Source of the DNA: an uncultured bacterium
Lineage (GTDB): Bacteria; Acidobacteriota; Aminicenantia; Aminicenantales; Saccharicenantaceae
DNA: 64,000 nucleotides
Direction of reading: 5' to 3'
NCBI GenBank assembly: GCA_963743755.1
Contig: CAVUQU010000003.1
Span: forward strand, 251,326 to 315,325
The number at the start of each line of letters is the position of its first letter. The stretch's first letter is position 1. Made by a program: the position numbers and the translations under genes. Shown here one piece after another: positions 55,780-64,000 of this stretch. A model generated the notes under the pieces. It saw only the letters and a list, made by a program, of their open reading frames with translations, did no database searches and had not been told where the DNA came from.

Positions 55780-56695
55780 GGAGGGTTGCGACGGCCGTCG
55801 CCGCGTCCGGGTGACGGAATTCGAAGCCCGAGGCTGCGAGCCGTCGGGGGAAGACGAGCTGCCCGGAGATCAGCGTTTCCCGCGCTTTTTCCCCGAACAG
55901 GAGCCTCAGCGCGACCGTGGGAAAGGGCAGCCAACAGGGCCGCCCGAGAGCGCGGCCGACGACGCGACAGAATTCCTTTTGGCGAAGCGGACGCGGCGCC
56001 GTCAGGTTGAAAACCCCGGCGAGGTCCTCGCGTTCGACGAGATGACGGATAGCCCGGACTTCGTCCTCGAGAGATATCCAGGAGAATCCCTGCCGGCCTG
56101 TTCCCAACGGACCCCCCGCGAAGAACCGGAAAGGCAGGACGAGGCGCGGCCAGGCCCCGCCGGCCTTCCCCAGCACGATACCGGAGCGGATGACGCTCCG
56201 GCGGACGCCCAGGGATTCTACGGCCCGTGTCGAGTCCTCCCAAGCCCGCGCGACGCCGGCGAGGAAACCCGAACCGGGCGGCGAGCCTTCGTCGAGCTCC
56301 TCGTCGCCGGCGGCCCCGTAGATCCCGATCGCCGAGGCTTGGACGAGGAGGCGCGGCTTGGTCCGGGCCGCCCTGATGGCGTCGACGATCGCGCCCCCGG
56401 CGTCGGTCCGGCTGCGGAGTATCCTGTCCTTCTTCGCCCGGGTCCAGCGGCCTTCGGCCAGATTGTCCCCGGCCAGGTTGACCACGGCCCGGGCCCCCTC
56501 GACGAGGTGCCCCCAACCCGCGGCAGTCCGGCCGTCCCACTCCGCCCAGGTGACCGGCCCGAAGCCCCCGTCCCGGCCCGCGGTCGCGCGGCGGGTCAGC
56601 CCGACGACCTCGTAGCCGCCGGCCGAAAGCTCCCCGGCCAGGGCGCTCCCGATGAAGCCGGAAGCCCCCGCAACGAGGACCCTCTCACCCGCCAT
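55772..56695 (-). CDS. TIGR01777-type NAD-dependent epimerase-family protein (SDR + DUF1731)
   Basis: Start ATG 56695 (MAGERVLVAGASGFIGS Rossmann motif). C-terminal GFEFRHP motif. Confidence 0.8.
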   Translation of the reverse strand: MAGERVLVAGASGFIGSALAGELSAGGYEVVGLTRRATAGRDGGFGPVTWAEWDGRTAAGWGHLVEGARAVVNLAGDNLAEGRWTRAKKDRILRSRTDAGGAIVDAIRAARTKPRLLVQASAIGIYGAAGDEELDEGSPPGSGFLAGVARAWEDSTRAVESLGVRRSVIRSGIVLGKAGGAWPRLVLPFRFFAGGPLGTGRQGFSWISLEDEVRAIRHLVEREDLAGVFNLTAPRPLRQKEFCRVVGRALGRPCWLPFPTVALRLLFGEKARETLISGQLVFPRRLAASGFEFRHPDAATAVATLLR

Positions 56696-56700
56696 GCGGG

Positions 56701-57168
56701 TCACTTCCGGAGGAAGGCGACGATCTCGTCGCAGTCGGGCCGCTGGGGGATCTCGTATTCCTTGATGAGGACGATCCGGCCGCTCCCGTCGACGACGATG
56801 TTGGCCCGGTTGGAGAAGCCGTCCTCCTCGCGGAAGAGGCCCAGAGCATGGGCCACGGCCCCGTGCGGCCAGAAATCGCACAAGAGGCGCGTCTCTTTGA
56901 TTCCCAGCTCCTTGGCCCAGGCATGCTTGGTCGGGAACGAGTCGACGCTGATGCCGACAGCGATCGTGTTCAGGCTGTCGAAGACGGCCTTGCGGCTCTC
57001 GAGCGCCTTCATCTGCTCGGCGCAGACGGGAGTCCAGGCCAGCGGATGGAACGACAGCAGGACCCGGCGCCCGGAGAATTCGGACAGCTTGAATTCCCGG
57101 TTGTGATGGTCCTTGAGCGTGAAATCCGGCGCTATGTCCCCTTCCCAGACAGTTCTCGTGTTGCCCAT
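56701..57168 (-). CDS. AhpC/TSA-family peroxiredoxin
   Basis: Start ATG 57168. Thioredoxin-fold pattern APDFTLKDHHNREFKLSEFSGRRVLLSFHPLAWTPVC. Confidence 0.8.
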   Translation of the reverse strand: MGNTRTVWEGDIAPDFTLKDHHNREFKLSEFSGRRVLLSFHPLAWTPVCAEQMKALESRKAVFDSLNTIAVGISVDSFPTKHAWAKELGIKETRLLCDFWPHGAVAHALGLFREEDGFSNRANIVVDGSGRIVLIKEYEIPQRPDCDEIVAFLRK

Positions 57169-57294
57169 CGATGCCCTCCCTTGGAACGGGCTTCGAAACC
57201 CCCGTTCATCCGGCCCATTATGGCACAGGCCCCGCAGCCGCACAAGTCCGCGGCAAGCCCCGGGCCGGCTCTCGCGCGGTCCCAGCGAGTCCTG

Positions 57295-57300
57295 TATAAT
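57295..57300 (+). promoter_or_regulatory. -10 box (TGTATAAT) of secreted protein/barrel operon
   Basis: TATAAT lies 23 nt upstream of ATG 57324, with SD GGAG between them. Confidence 0.45.
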
Positions 57301-57323
57301 GCCCCTGATCGAAGGAGACGACC

Positions 57324-58043
57324 ATGCGCATGAAATTTCCGCTCGCCGCGGCCCTCATACTCCTGGCCGCCGGGGCGATCGGTGCCGCCCAGGACCAGCC
57401 GGCCCGGGACGCGCCCGCGCCGCCCGAGCCGGTCTTCGTCCGGCTGACCCTCTATCCGACGGCGAGCCTGTCGCGTTATGATTACAATAACGACCTCGAC
57501 CTCTACGAGGTGCGCGTCTATGCCGAGATCCGGCGCGTCTCGCAGGAAGGGCCCGCGGCCGCCGACGCCCGCGTCAACGCCTTCGGCGAAAAGCTGGAGT
57601 ACCACGAGGACCACTTCGAGAAGAGGATCCTCTTCGACAAGGACAAGCTGCCCGCCGGTATCGACGTGGAGATCGCCCTGCCCGGCCGCCCCGTCATCAA
57701 GGAACGGCACCCGCTTCCGGCCTGGCTCGTCATCACCGATCCGAGGCCGGCCGTCGTCGAGACCGGACGGGACCTCGCGGTCGGCTGGCGGTTCAGCCGG
57801 TTCCCGTCCCCCGTCGACCTCCGCGCCTACGACTTCCGGACGGGCAAGGAGTTCCTCCGCAAGGACCACGTGGAGGGGATCGAGGCTCTGATCCCGGCGG
57901 CCGCTCTTCCGGCTTCGACCATCGTCCGCATCTACGCCGTCCAATCCTGGTTCTACAAGCGCTATCTCGGAGGGGATCAGTACGCCCGAGGCTCCGAGAT
58001 CAACGTCATTCCCTGGTCCCAGGTGTTCGTGAGGACGAAATGA
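57324..58043 (+). CDS. secreted hypothetical protein
   Basis: 239 aa with signal peptide MRMKFPLAAALILLAAGAIGAAQ. No family recognised. ATGA overlap with the next gene. Confidence 0.6.
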   Translation: MRMKFPLAAALILLAAGAIGAAQDQPARDAPAPPEPVFVRLTLYPTASLSRYDYNNDLDLYEVRVYAEIRRVSQEGPAAADARVNAFGEKLEYHEDHFEKRILFDKDKLPAGIDVEIALPGRPVIKERHPLPAWLVITDPRPAVVETGRDLAVGWRFSRFPSPVDLRAYDFRTGKEFLRKDHVEGIEALIPAAALPASTIVRIYAVQSWFYKRYLGGDQYARGSEINVIPWSQVFVRTK

Positions 58044-59308
58044 GGCGCCTGGCGCCCGTCGTCCTGCTCGCCGCCGGCCTCCTCCTGCCGCGCCCCGCGG
58101 CGGCCCAGGCCGCGCCCCAGGACGAACTCAGGAGCGTCGCCCCGAACGTCTACCTCGACTGCGAGCGGCGGACCTGCGACTTCGAGTACATCAAGACCGA
58201 GATCACCTTCGTCAACTACGTCCTCGACCGCCAGAGCGCCGACGTCCACATCATCGTCACGCGCCAGCAGACGGGAAGCGGCGGCAACGAGTACACGCTC
58301 GCTTACATGGGCCTGAAGCGGCACGCGGGGAAGGACGCGACGCTGAAATTCTACTCGAAGCCGACGGACACCGAGGACCAGTTCCGCAAGGGCCTGGTCA
58401 ACGTCCTCAAACAGGGGCTCATCCCCTACGTCTACGACACGCCCCTGGCCGAGTTCATCTCCATCAGTTACGCCCAGAAGCAGGACTACCGCCCGACGCC
58501 GACGTCCGACCCCTGGCACTACTGGGTCTTCGGGGTCGGGGTCCGTGGCAGCGGGGAGTTCGAGGACCAGGCCGAGCGCTACAGCTACCAGGTCAACGCC
58601 TCGGCCAACCGGACCACCGAGGCCATGAAGTTCCGCCTGTACGGGGGCATCAATTTCAACCACCGCCGCTACGAGATCCCCGACGAAGAGCCCATCATCA
58701 GCGACAGCAAGCGCAAGAACGCATCGGCCTCGATCTTCAAGTCGATCGACGGACACTGGTCCTGGGGCGGCGGCGCCAGCGTCTATTCCTCGACGTACGA
58801 CAACGCCCGGCTCTACACCTCGGTCGGACCCAGCGTCGAGTACAACATCTTCCCTTACGCCGAGGCCACCCGCCGCGAGCTCCGCCTCCAGTACCGGCTG
58901 AGCTACACGATGCGGGATTACTACGAGGTCACCATCTACGAGAAGCTGAAGGAGAACCTCTTCAGCCAGGCCCTCCAGGTCGTCCTCGAGATCAAGGAGC
59001 CCTGGGGTTCCATCGGCGCCTCGGTCCAGGGCTCGACCTTCATTCCCGACCTCAAGTACAACAACTTCCGGGCCGACCTCGGCGTCTACATCAACCTGTT
59101 CCGCGGCTTCTCGTTCAACGTCGGCGGCCGGTACAGCCGTATCCGCGACCAGCTCTCGCTGCCCGGCCGGGAATACTCGCCCGAGGAGATCCTGCTCGAG
59201 CTCAAACGGCTGGCCACCGGCTACGATCTCAGCTTCGAGATCGGGGTCAATTACCGTTTCGGCTCGATCTACAGCAACGTCGTCAACCCGAGATTCGGGA
59301 ACGTGTGA
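58040..59308 (+). CDS. outer-membrane beta-barrel protein with N-terminal soluble domain (uncharacterised family)
   Basis: 422 aa. Signal peptide MRRLAPVVLLAAGLLLPRPAAAQA. The C-terminal about 290 aa show an alternating hydrophobic/aromatic strand pattern ending ..GVNYRFGSIYSNVVNPRFGNV. Confidence 0.6.
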   Translation: MRRLAPVVLLAAGLLLPRPAAAQAAPQDELRSVAPNVYLDCERRTCDFEYIKTEITFVNYVLDRQSADVHIIVTRQQTGSGGNEYTLAYMGLKRHAGKDATLKFYSKPTDTEDQFRKGLVNVLKQGLIPYVYDTPLAEFISISYAQKQDYRPTPTSDPWHYWVFGVGVRGSGEFEDQAERYSYQVNASANRTTEAMKFRLYGGINFNHRRYEIPDEEPIISDSKRKNASASIFKSIDGHWSWGGGASVYSSTYDNARLYTSVGPSVEYNIFPYAEATRRELRLQYRLSYTMRDYYEVTIYEKLKENLFSQALQVVLEIKEPWGSIGASVQGSTFIPDLKYNNFRADLGVYINLFRGFSFNVGGRYSRIRDQLSLPGREYSPEEILLELKRLATGYDLSFEIGVNYRFGSIYSNVVNPRFGNV

Positions 59309-59310
59309 GC

Positions 59311-60927
59311 TCAGCCGAAGACGGCGTAGAGCCCGGCCATCACGATGAACAGGACCAGGGCCACGATCCGATAATCCAGGATCCCGGGCCCCCAGGGTCC
59401 CTTGAGCGCGTCGACGGGGCGCGTCCAGACGAGCTTCTCGCTGTCGGCCGTATGAACGTGCGGACGGAGGAGCGAGACGACGACCAGGACCGCCGAACAG
59501 ACGAGGAACAGGTAGAACGTGGCCATCATCGACGGCACGGCCCAGCCGGTCGTCTCCTTGAACCAGTCCAACAAAAAGACGGCGAGACCGAGCGCCGAGC
59601 CTACCATAAGGGTCACCCGGGCGGCCGTCGCCGAGGCCTTCCTCCACAGTACGCCCCAGAGGAAGACCGCCGTGATCGGCGGCGCGATGTAGCAGATGAC
59701 CGCCGTGATGCCCTGGAACAGGCTCTGAAAATGGCCGACCATGGGTGACCAGAGGATGGCCACGACCATGCCGGCGAAAGTGACGGCGCGGCCGACGAGG
59801 GTCAGGCGCTTCTCCGAGGCCAGCGGGCGCCAGCGCTTGTATATGTCGAGCGTGAACAGGGTGGCGATGGAGTTGAGCGCGCCCGAGACCGTGCTCATCA
59901 GCGCGGCGAGCAGGGCCGCCGCGACGATCCCCTTGAGCCCGGCGGGAAGGATATTGTTGACGAGGAGGGAATAGACGTCGGCCGAGCTCTCCGGGGCCGG
60001 CAGAGCGCCCTGCCGGACGAGGCCGTAGGCGATGAGCCCGGGCAGGACGAACAGGAAGACGGGCAGGATCTTGATGAACCCTGCGAACAGCGGGCCCAAT
60101 CGCGCGTTCCGCTCGTCCTTGGCCCCCAGGACGCGCTGGACGATGGTCTGGTCGGCGCACCAGTACCAGAGCCCGATGACCGGGTAGCCCAGGAGGACCG
60201 CGTACCAGGGCAGGCTCGGCGTCTCGGCCGCGGTCCGCAGGACGGTCAGCTTGACGGGCTCGACCGCGGCGACGAGCCCTTCCCAGCCTCCGATCCGGGC
60301 CAGTCCGAAGCCGAGGACGCAGGCCGAGCCGAGGATGAGGACGACGGTCTGGACGGATTCCGTGACGACCACGGCCAGCAGGCCGCCGACGATCGTGTAG
60401 AGGCCCGTGAGGAGGGCCGTGACGATGATACTCGTCGTGATGTCGATCCCGAACAGGCCCCGGAGGACCACCGCGCCCGTATAGAGCGAAAAGCCGATGT
60501 GGATGAATACGGCCGACACGATGGACAGGCCGGCCAGCCAGTCGCGGCTGGCCCGGGAATAGCGCTTCTCCAGGAAATCCGGCAGCGTGGCGACCCGGGC
60601 CCGGACGTAGAAAGGCGCGAAGAAAAGGGCCAAGACGATGAGGAGGAACGCCGCCATCCATTCGAAGTTCCCGTAGGCCAGGCCGTTGACGTAGCCCTCC
60701 TGGGCCAAGCTGACGAGATGGATGGTCGAGATGTTTGTCGAGAACAGGGCCAAGCCGATGACCGGCCAGCGGAGCGAGCCGCCGGCCAGGAAATACTGGG
60801 AGCTCGAGGCCTGCTTCGTCCGGCGCCTTCGCCACGCCCAGAGCCCGAGGCCGACGATGCCCGCGAGGTAGGCGACGACGATGGCCGTGTCCAGGCCGGA
60901 CATGGTCAGCTGCGCGGCGCCGTTCAT
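59311..60927 (-). CDS. sodium:solute symporter family transporter (SGLT-like)
   Basis: 538 aa, intact. 13-14 TM segments and an SSF-type N-terminal region (YFLAGGSLRWPVIGLALFSTNIS). Confidence 0.85.
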   Translation of the reverse strand: MNGAAQLTMSGLDTAIVVAYLAGIVGLGLWAWRRRRTKQASSSQYFLAGGSLRWPVIGLALFSTNISTIHLVSLAQEGYVNGLAYGNFEWMAAFLLIVLALFFAPFYVRARVATLPDFLEKRYSRASRDWLAGLSIVSAVFIHIGFSLYTGAVVLRGLFGIDITTSIIVTALLTGLYTIVGGLLAVVVTESVQTVVLILGSACVLGFGLARIGGWEGLVAAVEPVKLTVLRTAAETPSLPWYAVLLGYPVIGLWYWCADQTIVQRVLGAKDERNARLGPLFAGFIKILPVFLFVLPGLIAYGLVRQGALPAPESSADVYSLLVNNILPAGLKGIVAAALLAALMSTVSGALNSIATLFTLDIYKRWRPLASEKRLTLVGRAVTFAGMVVAILWSPMVGHFQSLFQGITAVICYIAPPITAVFLWGVLWRKASATAARVTLMVGSALGLAVFLLDWFKETTGWAVPSMMATFYLFLVCSAVLVVVSLLRPHVHTADSEKLVWTRPVDALKGPWGPGILDYRIVALVLFIVMAGLYAVFG

Positions 60928-60939
60928 ACGCGACCGGCC

Positions 60940-61378
60940 TCAGTCCGTGTGGAAGACTTCGTCCATGCGGCTCCAGAACTCCTTCGGGCCGCGGGTCGGG
61001 ATGGGCGACTGGCAGGGATCGGTCTCCTTCCACCAGCGCTGCGTCTCGGGATCGGCGGCCATCCGGGCCATGTCGGCGGCGAAGTCGTCTCCCGTGTATT
61101 CGAAATAGGAAAAGAGGAGGAACTGGCCCTGAGCGACCTCCCGGAGGTAGATCGAGTAGTTCCGGATATGGCACTCTTTGATCTTGGCCAGGACGCCGGG
61201 CCAGGCCGCGGCGTGAAGTGCCTTGTAATACGTCGATCTTGTCCGGCTTGACGCCGATGACCATGCCGTAGCGTTCGACGCGGCCGCCGGCGTTCGCGGC
61301 GACGCCGCGGGTGAGGGCCAGTCCGGCCGCGACGAGAACGACGACGGCGGCGAAACGGACGATCGTTCGGGCGCTCAT
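60940..61378 (-). pseudogene. rhaM: L-rhamnose mutarotase-family protein with signal peptide; one frame break
   Basis: N-terminus MSARTIVRFAAVVVLVAAGLALTRGVAANA..ERYGMVIGVKPDKI, then (other frame) YYKALHAAAWPGVLAKIKECHIRNYSIYL..FSYFEYTGDDFAADM..ETQRWW..MDEVFHTD with TGA at 60940-60942. Junction near 61232. Confidence 0.75.
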
Positions 61379-61385
61379 GGCTCGA

Positions 61386-62826
61386 TCACTTCCCCGGGAC
61401 TGCCGGGGCCTGGACCTGGGTGATCTTGACGGCCACGGGCGCTTCGAGTCCCCAGGTCAGCCGCTGGATGTCGCTCGTCTCGGCCCGGTCCGGGGCCGGC
61501 TTGGCCTTGACCAGACGTATGGTCTGCTTCCGGGTCACAACGATCTTCAGGCCGCCGGGAGTCTGCTCCCAAGCCAGGTCCCCTTCCTGGCCGAGGAGGG
61601 TCACCTTGGTCCCGGGCGTGGCGGAAACGGATCTGAGGAGGAGGGTCCGGGAGTTCCGCTCGTCCAGGACGGTCAGGGCGTAGACCGTCCCCTCGGCCCG
61701 CTTCTGCGTGAACCAGACGTCACCCTCGTTCGTGACGCTCCAGGGGCGGACCCCCCGGACCGCCTCGCCGTAGAGCATCATCCACAGGCCGAGGTCGCGG
61801 AGGACGTCCTCGTCGGCCGGAGCGATCCGCCCGTCCGGGCCGGGGCCCGATGTTGAGGAGCATGTTGCCGCCGCGGGCCCGGATGTGAACGAGGTTCTCG
61901 ATGATCTCGGACGACGGCCGGACGACGGCGCCGGGGAGGTAGGACCATTGATAGCTCGTGGTCAGGCAGCTCTCCCAGGCGCGGTCGTCGGCCTGGCCGG
62001 GGATCTCCTGTTCGGGAGTCGGGATCTCGCCGCGGGCGATGAAGACGTCCTGGCGGACGCGCCAGGAGTGTTTCTTGAGCGGCTCGCACTTGCCGTCGAA
62101 CCAAAGCATGAAGACGTCGCCGTAGCGGGTCAGGAGCTCCTCGATGTGGCCGCGCTCGTAGTCGAGGAAGCTTAGCTGTTTCGGACCGAACGGGGCCGAG
62201 CTGTCGAATCCCGGTTCGTAGATGTGGCCCGTGCGCCGGCCCGTTTCCCACTGGTAGCGGAAATCGCCGGGCGAGTAATAGAACCCGAGCAGAAGCCCTT
62301 CCTTGCGAAAGGCTTCGGCGACCATGGCCGCGATGTCCCGGCCGTAGGGCGTCCGGGTGATCTTGAAATCACTGAGGGCCGTATCGAACATGCAAAAGCC
62401 GTCGTGGTGCTTGGCCGTGAAGACGACGTACTCCATGCCGGCGAGACGGGCCAGGCGGGCCCACTCGGCCGGGTCGAAGCCCTTCGGATCGAAGGTCGCG
62501 GCCAGGGCGTAGTACTTCTTGATGAAATCCTCCGAGGCGTTGTAGAGGGGCCAGGAGATCTCGGTCCCGACCTGGGAGTTGGGCCCCCAGTGGATGAAGA
62601 GACCGAGGCCCGCGTCGCGGAAGATCTCCGTTTTTCCGGGGTCGTTGGAGAGGCGCACGGCGTCCTCGGCGAGAAGCGGGACGGCCGGCTTTTCCGCGGC
62701 GGCCAACCCGGTCGTCGCGGACGGCTCGGGCGCTGGCCCGGAACACCCGAGGTAACCGAGGACGGCGGCGGTCAACAACGCGGCGAGAACGGATCCGCGG
62801 ACACGGGGGGACAACGAGGGCGTCAT
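61386..62826 (-). pseudogene. GH29 alpha-L-fucosidase lipoprotein; one frame break
   Basis: ORF 61720-62826 has lipobox LGYLGCSG, FIHWGP and FTAKHHDGFCMFDT. The C-terminal domain is in ORF 61386-61781. Junction ..NMLLNIGP|PDGRIAPADEDVL.. at the G4/C4 run 61842-61845. Confidence 0.85.
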
Positions 62827-62875
62827 GGGGGCCTCCTTCGTCCCTCCCTTTTAATGGAACGGAGCGGAAAAATCA

Positions 62876-62905
62876 ATACTATGCCGGGCGGATAAGAGAT
62901 GTCTT
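62876..62905 (-). promoter_or_regulatory. candidate promoter of fucosidase operon
   Basis: Minus strand reads AAGACA (62900-62905) - 18 nt - TAGTAT (62876-62881), followed by a 49-nt leader with SD GGAGG. Confidence 0.3.
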
Positions 62906-62925
62906 AGGCTTCTCTATCGCCCGGC
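62883..62925. repeat. 43-nt imperfect palindrome overlapping the fucosidase promoter
   Basis: GCCGGGCG (62883-62890) / CGCCCGGC (62918-62925) perfect 8-bp arms, with inner AGAGA/TCTCT complementarity. Confidence 0.6.
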
Positions 62926-62931
62926 AGTACT

Positions 62932-62973
62932 CGGGGAGCAGCAAAGATCAAGAAAAATATTTACTGCTCCCCG
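62932..62973. repeat. perfect 10-bp inverted repeat with AT-rich 22-nt spacer, overlapping the URO-D-like promoter
   Basis: CGGGGAGCAG (62932-62941) / CTGCTCCCCG (62964-62973). The right arm ends 3 nt before the -10 box. Confidence 0.6.
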
Positions 62974-62976
62974 TAG

Positions 62977-62982
62977 TATAAT
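62977..62982 (+). promoter_or_regulatory. -10 box (TATAAT) of URO-D-like gene
   Basis: TATAAT - 6 nt - GTG 62989. The next in-frame ATG is at 63007. Confidence 0.4.
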
Positions 62983-62988
62983 CCGGCC

Positions 62989-64000
62989 GTGACCTCCAAA
63001 GAACGGATGCTCCGCGCCCTGGCCCGGGAGAAGCCGGACCGCTTGCCGGCCACCGTCCACCAGTGGCAGAAGTACCACCTGGACACGTTCCTCGGCGGCG
63101 TCGGCGACCTCGAGGCCTTCCGGCTGTTCGGGCTGGACGCGTCCATCCAGTACTTCCAGGACATGGGCCAGTTCTGGCTCACGGACGCCGACTTCACCAA
63201 GTTCTCGACCCCCGAGTGGCGGGACGATGCCGAGATCCTCAGCGCCGATCCCGATCACCGGGTGGCCCGGCACACCATCACCACGCCGGAGGGGACACTG
63301 ACCTACACGGCCGAGGGCAACCGGATGACGACGTGGGTCTCAGAGTACCTGATCAAGCACGACGACGACATCCGGCTCATCGAGAAGTACATGCCCGTGC
63401 CGCGGCTCGACCCGGCGCCGGTCGGCCGGGCCTACGACGCCGTCGGCGACGACGGCATCCTGCGCGGCTTCGTCTGGGGCGACCAGGCCGGATGCTGGCA
63501 GCACGCCGCCTGCCTCATCGACGTCCAGGCGCTCATCCTGCGGACCTTCGACGATCCCGGCTGGGTCCACGAGCTCATGCGCATCCTGCTGGAGAAGAAG
63601 CTGCGCTTCATCGAGTCGATGAAGGGGGCCCGCTTCGACCTCATCGAGACGGGCGGCGGCGCGGCCTCGTCGACGCTCATCTCCCCCGCCCTCCACGCGG
63701 AATACTGTCTGCCCTACGACCGGAAGATGCACGAGGCCTTGCACGAGCTGGGTTTCAAGATCACCTACCACACCTGCGGCGGCACGAGGGGCATCGAGGA
63801 GCACATCGTCGCCAACGGCTGCGACGCCTCGGAGACCCTGGCCCCGACATCGATCGGCGGCAATCAGGAGCCGTGGGAGTTCAAGGCCAGGATCGGCGGG
63901 CGGCTGGCCCTCATCGGCGGGCTCGACCAGTTCAACGTGCTGACCGAAGGCTCCCCGGATAAGATCCGGGCCAAGGTCCGCGAGCTTTTCGAGAAGGTCG
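62989..64000 (+). CDS. uroporphyrinogen-decarboxylase-family (URO-D/MtaA-like) protein, 3' end outside window
   Basis: Not in the ORF track because no stop occurs in the window. My translation is open from 62989 to 64000: VTSKERMLRALAREKPDRLPATVHQW...IETGGGAASSTLISPALHAEYCLPYDRKMHEAL..ITYHTCGGTRG..., which is typical of URO-D-fold proteins. Confidence 0.7.
   Translation, partial: MTSKERMLRALAREKPDRLPATVHQWQKYHLDTFLGGVGDLEAFRLFGLDASIQYFQDMGQFWLTDADFTKFSTPEWRDDAEILSADPDHRVARHTITTPEGTLTYTAEGNRMTTWVSEYLIKHDDDIRLIEKYMPVPRLDPAPVGRAYDAVGDDGILRGFVWGDQAGCWQHAACLIDVQALILRTFDDPGWVHELMRILLEKKLRFIESMKGARFDLIETGGGAASSTLISPALHAEYCLPYDRKMHEALHELGFKITYHTCGGTRGIEEHIVANGCDASETLAPTSIGGNQEPWEFKARIGGRLALIGGLDQFNVLTEGSPDKIRAKVRELFEKV

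Noticed and set aside
57977-61378. 1133-aa minus-strand ORF, the longest in the track
   Set aside because: It is a chimera. Only its first 49 or so codons are real (the RhaM signal peptide and N-terminus). After the indel near 61232 it runs out of frame through rhaM and the symporter gene, then antisense to the barrel gene.
1-64000. CRISPR arrays, insertion sequences, integrases, prophage or defence-island signatures
   Set aside because: I saw no direct-repeat/spacer arrays, no transposase-, integrase- or recombinase-like ORFs and no nuclease/helicase defence modules. The two tRNA-Pro genes are not flanked by integrase genes or obvious att-like duplications.

Overview
This is a GC-rich (about two-thirds G+C by eye), gene-dense bacterial chromosomal segment. 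It comes from a diderm organism, judged by the TonB-dependent receptor, outer-membrane barrel, lipoproteins and Tat/Sec signals; the phylum cannot be determined from sequence alone. I can support about 60 protein genes and two tRNA-Pro genes. I found no rRNA, CRISPR array, transposase, integrase or phage module.

Content is housekeeping and accessory metabolism:
- a pstS-pstC-pstA-pstB-pstB phosphate transporter operon
- rarA, surE, thiD, ppnP and acyP
- an ABC-F ATPase and a P-type Ca2+-type ATPase
- S46 and M28 peptidases
- an exported ADP-ribosylglycohydrolase-like lipoprotein
- a VIT/vWA protein
- an NtrY-like histidine kinase with a very large membrane sensor
- a CoA-transferase/FabH-like cluster
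- a fucose/rhamnose cluster (GH29, rhaM, Na+/solute symporter, URO-D-like)

Four-nucleotide ATGA/GTGA overlaps that suggest translational coupling are frequent.

I see no convincing new multi-gene system such as a defence or secretion system. The main observations are:
1. About 40 reading-frame breaks inside otherwise intact genes. They are insertion-biased and strongly clustered, and look like consensus error rather than decay.
2. Many transcription units have a sigma70-like -10 box only 6-13 nt from the start codon, which implies leaderless or near-leaderless mRNAs.
3. Two parallel tRNA-Pro + cupin modules.
4. Several structured or palindromic intergenic elements and a promoter-equipped 65-aa ORF.

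The very long ORFs in the track that lie antisense to real genes are GC-rich shadow ORFs.
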